Virus record (IMG/VR): IMGVR_UViG_3300020046_003388
Source of the DNA: an uncultured virus (IMG/VR IMGVR_UViG_3300020046_003388)
Lineage: Duplodnaviria; Heunggongvirae; Uroviricota; Caudoviricetes
Direction: 5' to 3' (one strand)
DNA length: 64,000 nt
The notes under the pieces are model-generated. The model saw only the letters and a program-made list of their open reading frames with translations, was not told the origin of the DNA and did no database searches. This document shows positions 48,901-55,558 of this stretch, piece by piece. The translations under genes were made by a program, and so were the position numbers. The first letter of the stretch is position 1, and each line of letters begins with the position of its first letter.

Positions 48901-50497
48901 CTCTGGCCCTACGACAGTACCTGCAACCTACAACTCCACCTTCTCGTATGGCGGAGTCACGCAAGCAGGTGCAAGGCTCTTCACGGATCAACGAGGTCTA
49001 GGTCGCCAAGGAATTGAGCTGCCTCCTTTCTATGGCATCGCACGACTGTTTGGAGTCTACGAGTCCAGTGACTACAAGACGAACGGCTCTGCATTCAATC
49101 CTTCGACCCGAGAGCTAACTGGAAGTGGAGCGAAGAACCTGCTTCGTTCCAACTTTAGTGGTCCAACTTTCTGGGTAGAGATCGATGACGATGGCGACTC
49201 AACCTTCGTTGTAAATGCAAACGCTCTGGACCTTGATAAGTCTCCCGTGGCCATCCCAAGTTTTGCTTCGAAACACTACGTGGTGGAGGCCTCTGTGTTT
49301 GGTTTCGATCGAGACTCGTTTGATCTCACGAAGCCCTTCCGACTTGTCCTATCGAGAGATCGAACCGCCGCAAACACTGGGGTGCGTGCAACGAATACGG
49401 ATGCCATCGTAGTGGGTCCAGTCTGCGTGCTACCAGGACCTCTGACAACGTCAGATACGGTGCTTGTAAACTACAGCCGAACTCCTTACCAAGGCGATCC
49501 TTGGGGAAGTCAGTTGAACTACCTCGATGTGGGGTACAGTCCTGGTCCGCTTCAGACATCGACGGCCTACCAACTGGTCTCGTCTCAACTAGACGAGTCT
49601 GCCCTTACTCGACCGAACCAAACCTCGCTTGAGGTCCTGGCCTCGAAGGGGTTCATTACGTCCCTCGGGTCTGGACGCCTTAGTGGAGACGTGGTTGCAG
49701 GCAACGCTTACGACTTCCGAAATGTCGGATTCGAAGAGCCTACGACTTACCCTCCTGTGAGTGGGGTTACGCCTCGCCCAAGAGTCAACATGGGAGCCAT
49801 CCATCCCTTGGTCGCTAGTGATGTGAACCCAGAGTATCTAGGGGCATCCGAGCGTCTACCCATGGGCGCACTATGGCGAGACAAGGACTTCAGAGGGGAC
49901 TCCTTCACGAAGACCAACCAAGCACCTCTTGTGTACACCTCATCCACTGGCGTTGGCGTGGGCGGCGCAAGCTTGGCAAGAACCAAGACACTAGACCAGG
50001 AGGAGATTGCGCTCGTGACGGCAACTCAATCCTCAGGTCAAACCGGAGACGTTCTAGTGCACGTTGACGGAGAGGTTGGCAACTACGCTGCGCTCACGAA
50101 CTTCCGAACCTACCGTGGTGGGTCGGCATTCATGGGTAGTGGAGAACGACCAGGAGGTGAGGTCTTCACCTCATTCGATGCCCTCACTGACTTCAGTCAG
50201 GTTCTGGTTGGCCAAGCCTTCCTTGTTCGCAACACGGTCACGACTGTAGGGGCGAACGAGGTCTCAGCTGGAGACGAGTTGCTCATGGCAATCGTCACGA
50301 CTCGCATCCGCAACGCACAAGCCGTTGGAGTGTCTACCTCATCTACGTCCGTGGTAGGAACGAACGGTACAGCAGAGGGGTACTCTGCTGTAGCCCTCTA
50401 CCGTATCGACGGTCACCCTCTGCTCTCGGACAACGTGAAGTACGAGGTCGACCCAACTACGGTCCTTCTCCCCAAGAAGTTTAGCTTCGGAGGCTAG
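45941..50497 (+). CDS. Large baseplate/fibre-base structural protein (paralogue of 32913-35546)
   Basis: WQQGKPPLDSELNL, GDPGLWRAGDG, VDGYVYAIPLCAVFRRN; extra inserted beta modules. Confidence 0.7.
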   Translation: MSSDNYGTGVSRVLDPKQASILGVIWQQGKPPLDSELNLAQQLQANWSQQLCLRGTPSGFLGNDANTSKDYLTNPSWSNWFQFGRQRPGEKQAIAWAVVNGWLIPVTGTRTGTPPGSPNNTDTWNKIALDPPPANSGDFRADFTFLEVWVARVPPGPSTLNKPSASAVYRYGNVEGGYSYLPDDIQDPQIGVETTQRVQVQYRIRVVKGLIGLATYPDGFDPTLVKGRGAAAADTSFTFTNMRQELGDPGLWRAGDGTANSLGTVDGYVYAIPLCAVFRRNSVVWSGDPSQNLNGGFNRNPVATDRTGVKTFSTVATLAAGITDVATSLTIVSAANIPLPTAPASPVLIQIGDELLTYTSISGTTLSGLTRGVNGTQKEAHLIGQTIKVVSSRPDGLFSDQIAATDILDLRHVVSPNGFDYSALLAGSLDKLLKGQLRSNWKRTGGGPQGTFITYQDKVSASAAGMGITKVDSPDGIRMIFSDAAAMQKVEVLCTPFTAAVAIPATQPIGTSWSLAINALTTRQRSGNQWDTELSAGDGLGDRIKILVAQFKNTVPGADADQVRLLNESPAASSAGQSAGGATFTDATSDLSKVQPGDTLVIYQGTNRGSFPVLSSVAQVVTVDGVLVAGSGITYEIRRGVGSIQVRIDGMEEPLPQHRFKVTPLNPTSSDDLTIEFIGVGVPFPIAKTVYVTSHVQYGAGRGLSHRPDSIHNLAMYNPAADILVPSIGVPSTNYTLGTTWALLWSKYRSAAYKNLLPVTAGSYADLGSKTVILTPFRRIAYPATPTGVRTQDGASTNRYTATVTTGTAGSSVGTTTFTDAGAGFGVSGVVANDSFEVTKGLAAGKYRVVTVSPTTLVLDRPIPTASNIAYSVYHTQGLMPFKKRDGLTAKWTTTDPLGLFSGSSDPDANRKNFFVSLPRHLVPGWGEVHAPILSTNGALFHRGVNYMLQAREGLNTNTTDADHCKQFINYTSNVPLSYASMSTGNFSGPTTVPATYNSTFSYGGVTQAGARLFTDQRGLGRQGIELPPFYGIARLFGVYESSDYKTNGSAFNPSTRELTGSGAKNLLRSNFSGPTFWVEIDDDGDSTFVVNANALDLDKSPVAIPSFASKHYVVEASVFGFDRDSFDLTKPFRLVLSRDRTAANTGVRATNTDAIVVGPVCVLPGPLTTSDTVLVNYSRTPYQGDPWGSQLNYLDVGYSPGPLQTSTAYQLVSSQLDESALTRPNQTSLEVLASKGFITSLGSGRLSGDVVAGNAYDFRNVGFEEPTTYPPVSGVTPRPRVNMGAIHPLVASDVNPEYLGASERLPMGALWRDKDFRGDSFTKTNQAPLVYTSSTGVGVGGASLARTKTLDQEEIALVTATQSSGQTGDVLVHVDGEVGNYAALTNFRTYRGGSAFMGSGERPGGEVFTSFDALTDFSQVLVGQAFLVRNTVTTVGANEVSAGDELLMAIVTTRIRNAQAVGVSTSSTSVVGTNGTAEGYSAVALYRIDGHPLLSDNVKYEVDPTTVLLPKKFSFGG

Positions 50498-50499
50498 TC

Positions 50500-50799
50500 A
50501 TGGCGCGTGGAACCATAACGGTATATGACGTCCCCCCCGAGGTTCGAGCCAAGGGGGCGGCACAGTCCCGGCAACAACTACACACCTTGCTCTCTAACCC
50601 ACACCTTACGGCAACTCAACGAGCTGAGTTGCTCGATCGGTTGGCCTGGGTAGCTAAGTGGGAAGAGGCAGATGTTGGTGAGATTCTACCTAGGCCTGTA
50701 CCAACTGTTGTAGTGGCAGAGCAAGTTCCGGAGACTCAACGAGCTGCACAACACCATTCAGTTTTCATTGATGAGTCTCTGAGTGTAGAGGAAACCTAA
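50500..50799 (+). CDS. Hypothetical protein
   Basis: GGAGG RBS; 99 aa; C-terminal VFIDESLSVEE resembles the acidic repeats of the 769-aa protein. Confidence 0.65.
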   Translation: MARGTITVYDVPPEVRAKGAAQSRQQLHTLLSNPHLTATQRAELLDRLAWVAKWEEADVGEILPRPVPTVVVAEQVPETQRAAQHHSVFIDESLSVEET

Positions 50800-50800
50800 C

Positions 50801-51265
50801 ATGGCCATGGACCTAGACACTGTGTTTCAAGCTTTCGTGAACGTGCAGACAATCATTATCTGCCTCGCAATATACCTCCTAACTTACGTGATCCGTAAGG
50901 TTGTCGAAGGTGCTTGGAAGGGTGCAAAGGATAATCGAATCTGGCGAGAGGTTTGGCTTCCTATCGGACCTATCGTAAACGGTGGGCTTGTTGGGATCAT
51001 GGCCAAGACTTTCGTTTGGCCTACCGTCATTGGTACCTCCCTCTCGGGTAGGATCATGTACGGCGCGATTTGCGGTGTATTCTCTGCTCTACTCTACAGC
51101 AGAATTAGGTCCTTCATCCAGAGCACCCCAGCTCAATCGAAGGGGCAGGGGGGTCTACTAAAGCCAGTAAACCCATCGGACCCACCCCCAGCGGATGATA
51201 CCTCGGATCCCGCAGATGACCTAAGTCCAGAAATTCCTCCCCCACCTCCAGACGAGAATCCCTAA
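50801..51265 (+). CDS. Membrane protein with three hydrophobic segments; putative holin
   Basis: TIIICLAIYLLTYVI, WLPIGPIVNGGLVGIMA, IMYGAICGVFSALLY; Pro/Asp-rich tail; located at the end of the tail module. Confidence 0.55.
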   Translation: MAMDLDTVFQAFVNVQTIIICLAIYLLTYVIRKVVEGAWKGAKDNRIWREVWLPIGPIVNGGLVGIMAKTFVWPTVIGTSLSGRIMYGAICGVFSALLYSRIRSFIQSTPAQSKGQGGLLKPVNPSDPPPADDTSDPADDLSPEIPPPPPDENP

Positions 51266-51653
51266 TGGCCCACAACTACGAACGAACCGCAGCCCCTCAT
51301 GTTCCCCCCTCAATGTGGAGCTTACTAGAGCAGTGGGTGTACGCTTTTGTTCTTCAAGTTCCTAACCAAATCCCATCTAACCTAAAGGTAGATGGGGTTA
51401 GGGTTAACCCTGTACAGAGAGGTTACTCTCAGGTTGAGGCCAAGGGGTACAGTAAGGGGGACTTGGAGGCAACAGCTACTGTAGCAGTGTCCTTAGACCC
51501 GGCTAAGACCCGGCTAAGGTAGAGGCTCTTGTGGTCCTATGGTACAAAGACGTATCGATGTCCCATGAGACCTCTGTAGATCTGAGGGTGTCTGCAAAAG
51601 ATGACCCTAGTCAGACCTTAAGTCTAATCAAGAGATTTTTTCAGGATAAGTGA
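51265..51653 (+). pseudogene. Hypothetical gene frameshifted by an 11-bp tandem duplication (85-aa truncated product ends at 51522)
   Basis: AGACCCGGCTA x2 at 51495-51516; removing one copy gives an open 125-aa frame ending at TGA 51651-51653, 7 nt before the next ATG. Confidence 0.7.
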
Positions 51654-51660
51654 GTCTCCC

Positions 51661-52200
51661 ATGGCTGACGAAGTCTCGTTTGGTGCCCGTCTTTGGGCCT
51701 CAGTAAAGTCTGGTCTTAGCTGGCTAGGTGTAAAAGTTCTGGGGCCCATTCTGGTTGTACTTCTCGTTATCGTGGCTGTGATTCTCGTGGCCATGGGGTT
51801 CAAAGAGCTTCAAATTGGTGGGCTCATTGGACGACTGTTAGGTAGGAACTCCCCTCAAAAGGGGTCCGTGGATGTGACCAACACTATCGACCCCAATAGG
51901 GTTGGTCCTGATGGTAAGCTGATTCAGCCGAACACTCCTGACACGAAGGGTCAGACACAAGCTATCGTGGTCCCGATAAAGGAACCTGGGTTGCTGTCAG
52001 ACCCAAACAAGGTGGTCTTTACTCCTCCTGGAGCTGACAAGCCGATTGAGGTTGTACTTCCGGATGGGGTCACGAACAAAGACGTACACCAGGTAGTTGT
52101 TGTCAGTCCTGAAGTGATTGCTGTAACCGTGAAGGACTCCTCCGGAGTAACAGCTCAGAGTGTAGATGACCTGCTCAAGAAGTATGAGGTAACGAAGTGA
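51661..52200 (+). CDS. N-terminally membrane-anchored protein (i-spanin-like topology, function unknown)
   Basis: Strong TM segment VLGPILVVLLVIVAVILVAMGF followed by a Pro/Val-rich soluble domain. Confidence 0.6.
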   Translation: MADEVSFGARLWASVKSGLSWLGVKVLGPILVVLLVIVAVILVAMGFKELQIGGLIGRLLGRNSPQKGSVDVTNTIDPNRVGPDGKLIQPNTPDTKGQTQAIVVPIKEPGLLSDPNKVVFTPPGADKPIEVVLPDGVTNKDVHQVVVVSPEVIAVTVKDSSGVTAQSVDDLLKKYEVTK

Positions 52201-52406
52201 CTCCCATTCCCTCAGAGCAAGATAGAGAGTACCTTCGTAGCCTTGCTGCCCTCGCTGCATATGACCAGGGATTAAACCCTGGAGTAGCTTCTGAGCAAGA
52301 GCTATGCCTTGATGCCATGGACCGTGCCCTAGATGACGTAGATGCCGCTATGCGTGCTGCGTTGGAAGATGACGATGACAACTGGCAGTATGGGGACAAC
52401 GAGTAG
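52197..52406 (+). CDS. Small acidic hypothetical protein
   Basis: GTGA overlap, GAGG RBS; ends LEDDDDNWQYGDNE. Confidence 0.6.
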   Translation: MTPIPSEQDREYLRSLAALAAYDQGLNPGVASEQELCLDAMDRALDDVDAAMRAALEDDDDNWQYGDNE

Positions 52407-52412
52407 GCTTGC

Positions 52413-52556
52413 ATGTCAAACCCTCTCCTGGTATTTGAGTTGGTCCGTAAGGGGGTCCTAACCTCCGATCAAGCTGCTGCCCTGGTAATGAAGCATAGAA
52501 GACAGCGGATGATCTGGATCGCTAAGTTGCTAGCTTGGTTGAGGATCTGTTTTTGA
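52413..52556 (+). CDS. Small basic/amphipathic protein (47 aa, not in ORF track)
   Basis: MSNPLLVFELVRKGVLTSDQAAALVMKHRRQRMIWIAKLLAWLRICF; fills the 52407-52568 gap. Confidence 0.5.
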   Translation: MSNPLLVFELVRKGVLTSDQAAALVMKHRRQRMIWIAKLLAWLRICF

Positions 52557-52568
52557 GCTTACTCCGGT

Positions 52569-53651
52569 ATGCGAGTAAAGCTTAGTGTTCTGGACAGATT
52601 CATTGCTGCAAGAGTAGAGAGGCACTGGCGACTATTCCTGGCTATGTCAGTAGCCGATGCAGCTAAAATTCTTGAGGTGTCTGAGGATGCCTCCCCAGAA
52701 GACCTCAAGAAAGCTTACAAGCGTAAGGTAATCGAGAACCACCCTGATCGTGGCGGAAGCAACGAGAAGATGGTTGAAGTCAACGTAGCTATGGAGGTCC
52801 TAGAGGGGAAGCGTAGACCCTCCTCTCAACCTTCCAACACTTCTGAACCTGCTTGGCAGCAACAGTCTGAACGACCTAAACCCAAGCCAGTAAGGACTTC
52901 CTTTGCAGACGCGAAGAGTGAAGCTGGGATTCCTTCTGGGGTGGAGTGGAAGCTTAGAGCTAATACAGCCTTTGGTGGGTATGGAGATAAGAGCATTGCG
53001 GCTGTCGTAGTTTACGGTCAAACTGCATCCCAGCATATTTTCGTAGGTGTGCATCACTACACCTCGCAGAATGCCTTTACAGGGGAAGACGTTGATGTTT
53101 GGACGATGTTCAGTAGGGAGTACCGGCTAGAGAACACGGTAAGTCTAGATAAGCTAGCACCAAAGGCGTTCAAGGATCTGTACAGCTCTTTTGAGGGCCT
53201 AAATAAGGGCTTCAACGGCAAAGTGTCCTTCCTATCTGATGGCTTCGTTCTCAACGAGGGTGTCATGTTCAAGCATGGCCAAGAGATGGCATTGAAGGAT
53301 GCTCTCGTAGAGCTTGGAGTTACTGAGCAGGATGCCGACCGAAAGTTGTCCGTAGTCATGCGTCTTAGCTCCTCTGGAACCTCCTTTCCAAAGAAAGAGG
53401 TTATTACGTTGATCATCAACGGCAGAGAGTACGCCCTAAAGGACGAGTCCATCGAGTTTATCCAGCGGAAAACAAAGGTGGTATCCTCAGTCTTTGGGAA
53501 CTACTACTACTACTCGGATGAGAAGAAGGACCTAACTAGGTCAAAGAATGGTGCTTCTGTCCTCAAGTACCTCTCGGAAAAGCTTGTTTTAGAGCCTCAA
53601 GAACTACGTGATCTACTACTCAAAGCCTCCATTCAAGTGAGTAAGAAGTGA
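52569..53651 (+). CDS. J-domain (DnaJ-like) protein
   Basis: AAKILEVSEDASPEDLKKAYKRKVIENHPDRGGSNEKMVEVNVAMEVL with intact HPD motif. Confidence 0.85.
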   Translation: MRVKLSVLDRFIAARVERHWRLFLAMSVADAAKILEVSEDASPEDLKKAYKRKVIENHPDRGGSNEKMVEVNVAMEVLEGKRRPSSQPSNTSEPAWQQQSERPKPKPVRTSFADAKSEAGIPSGVEWKLRANTAFGGYGDKSIAAVVVYGQTASQHIFVGVHHYTSQNAFTGEDVDVWTMFSREYRLENTVSLDKLAPKAFKDLYSSFEGLNKGFNGKVSFLSDGFVLNEGVMFKHGQEMALKDALVELGVTEQDADRKLSVVMRLSSSGTSFPKKEVITLIINGREYALKDESIEFIQRKTKVVSSVFGNYYYYSDEKKDLTRSKNGASVLKYLSEKLVLEPQELRDLLLKASIQVSKK

Positions 53652-54031
53652 GACTAGCCGCTAACTTACTACCACCTCTCAAGGAAATGACCACGGTGCC
53701 CTTGTTTAAGGAGCCCCTTGGTAATCTAGACGCTATGGATATCAGCGTTCGAGCCGTTGCTTGGGCATTGACATGTAGAGCGCGCAAGCTAGATACCTCT
53801 ACTGTTCATGCCCAATACTACGCTAGAAAAACTGAGGTTCGTAGTCTTTTGACGGCGGGTTGGTACCCAGTAGCTATTTTCCAGTCTGATACCTCTGGGT
53901 TGATTTGGGAGGGAGTGATTATGGGGTACGACCTAACGCATTTTGAGTTGGCTATCCAACCTAAGGGTACTTTTATCCAAGTAATGGATTCACTGCCGGA
54001 ACTCTTAGCTCTAATCGTCGAGGCGCCATGA
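53648..54031 (+). CDS. Hypothetical protein
   Basis: GTGA and ATGA overlaps with both neighbours; 127 aa. Confidence 0.6.
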   Translation: MRLAANLLPPLKEMTTVPLFKEPLGNLDAMDISVRAVAWALTCRARKLDTSTVHAQYYARKTEVRSLLTAGWYPVAIFQSDTSGLIWEGVIMGYDLTHFELAIQPKGTFIQVMDSLPELLALIVEAP

Positions 54032-54591
54032 CCCTACCAGAATCCCCTCCAGCGATTGTAGAGCCATGTTCAGGGACTTGTGTTCAAGCCGAGGACATGA
54101 AGGTGTTAGTTCAAGTCCTAAAGGACAAGCAGTGCCTTCAGAAGACTCCTCCTACGTTCCAACTAGACCCCATTACAATCGTAACAGACGTAGAGGGGAG
54201 GGTCTATTTTTCTGGGGACCAGCCTAACCCATACACCCTAAAGGTCCAGTGGTGTAATTACACTGTAACTGGAACAGGGAAGTTGTCCGTTGTCGTGGCC
54301 AAGAAAGAGCCTCCTGTTTGGGGGTTTAGGTTTCGACCCAAGTTCGCAGGTAGCTTCCTATTCCTAGATGCCTTTGAGCGACCTACCGCAGCGGATGCCA
54401 TCGACGTTGGGTTTCTTTGGGACTTCCTGTACTACAAGCAATTCAACCTCAACGTAGCCACGGGGTTCAGGTCTGTTGGGGCTGGGCTTGGGGTTGACTT
54501 GACGCGAAATTTTGGGTTGGTTCTTGGTTACGCATTCTCTTGGTGGACCTTACGAAGCAACCCGCAGGCTGGCGTCTTTTTTTCGTTCTAA
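54028..54591 (+). CDS. Protein with C-terminal amphipathic beta-strands (outer-membrane beta-barrel-like)
   Basis: GAGG RBS; FNLNVATGFRSVGAGLGVDLTRNFGLVLGYAF...PQAGVFFSF ending in Phe; four Cys in the N-terminal half. Confidence 0.55.
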   Translation: MTLPESPPAIVEPCSGTCVQAEDMKVLVQVLKDKQCLQKTPPTFQLDPITIVTDVEGRVYFSGDQPNPYTLKVQWCNYTVTGTGKLSVVVAKKEPPVWGFRFRPKFAGSFLFLDAFERPTAADAIDVGFLWDFLYYKQFNLNVATGFRSVGAGLGVDLTRNFGLVLGYAFSWWTLRSNPQAGVFFSF

Positions 54592-54598
54592 GGCTATT

Positions 54599-55483
54599 AT
54601 GCAAACTAGAGTTGTAGCTAGGTACCTATGTGCAAAGGCAGTCAGCCTCCTTCCAGAGTTCAAGCTAGCGCTTGTTGCATGGGAACAGGGGGATGAGCAG
54701 CCAATAATGGAGTTCATCCAAAGGGTACTTGACATCATCTTTCCAGAGGGGGGAACGACTCCGCCATCATGGTTCTATGCCCTTGGAACGGCAAAGCGTA
54801 CGACTATCAATTGGATCCAAAAAGAGGGGCAGCGTTGGTTACGATCCCTACCTGGCTACACGGCAGACCTTTGGAACCCAGAGGCTCCTAGTTCAAGGTT
54901 CTACAATTTTCCAGACCCTAAGCTGCAAGCGCAGAGGATGCAGGAACACACGGTCAAGGAACTAGAGGAGTGGGGTAAAAAGCTACGTACGCTGGAGATT
55001 GCCAGTCAAGGGGGTAATGAGGACCTTGAGATTAAACGAGGTGGATTCACTGTCATTCCAATGCCAGGACTGAAGAAGGTTGAAATTGAAGGTGCACTTG
55101 AAGCGTTGGACGCAGCCGTCGCTAAGATTCGGCTAAAGTTCCCACAGGTTATCTACGGTAAGGTGTACCTATCTACTCACCTCGCAGCCAAAACAGCAGC
55201 TCATTACGCACATTGGGACGATACAATCTACATAAGTGTGAGAGCCCGCAAGCGGTTTGATGATGTTTACACGCTTACCCACGAGTTTGGGCATAGGCTT
55301 GACAGAAAGTTTGTGTCGAGTGACATCCGCAAGGAGTTTCGTAGGCTGTCTGCACAAAAAGAGCTAGCGGTTACCCCGTATGGAGCCACTGACCCAGCGG
55401 AGAACTTTGCTGAGGCGTTTGCCCACCTTGTTCTTGGGATGCCTCTTGCGCCAGAGCTGCAAGCAGTTCTATCAGCGATTTAG
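54599..55483 (+). CDS. Zincin-like metallopeptidase (HExxH)
   Basis: YTLTHEFGHRLD plus downstream VTPYGATDPAENFAEAF; ATG 54599 preferred over TTG 54512. Confidence 0.75.
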   Translation: MQTRVVARYLCAKAVSLLPEFKLALVAWEQGDEQPIMEFIQRVLDIIFPEGGTTPPSWFYALGTAKRTTINWIQKEGQRWLRSLPGYTADLWNPEAPSSRFYNFPDPKLQAQRMQEHTVKELEEWGKKLRTLEIASQGGNEDLEIKRGGFTVIPMPGLKKVEIEGALEALDAAVAKIRLKFPQVIYGKVYLSTHLAAKTAAHYAHWDDTIYISVRARKRFDDVYTLTHEFGHRLDRKFVSSDIRKEFRRLSAQKELAVTPYGATDPAENFAEAFAHLVLGMPLAPELQAVLSAI

Positions 55484-55558
55484 GTACTTTCCGAGTAAAA
55501 TCAAGGGGTGTGAACTTTTTGGAGACCCCCCCTACTCCGTTGGTGTACCCTTTACCCC

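Noticed and set aside
490..50497. Bacterial eCIS/T6SS/tailocin locus
   Set aside because: Contiguous with phage-type helicases, primase finger, polymerase, intein and homing endonucleases; no bacterial housekeeping genes
20261..50497. Diversity-generating retroelement or invertible fibre cassette
   Set aside because: No reverse transcriptase, recombinase, adenine-variable repeat pair or inverted gene segments seen in this window
54512..54598. TTG-initiated N-terminal extension of the zincin
   Set aside because: Overlaps the previous gene by 80 nt; ATG 54599 just after its stop is more plausible
55484..55558. Possible terminator or promoter at the late/replication boundary (GGGG...CCCC; AACTTTTTGGAGA similar to 62520)
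   Set aside because: Weak stem, no U-tract after it, and no recognisable -35/-10 pair; not supportable
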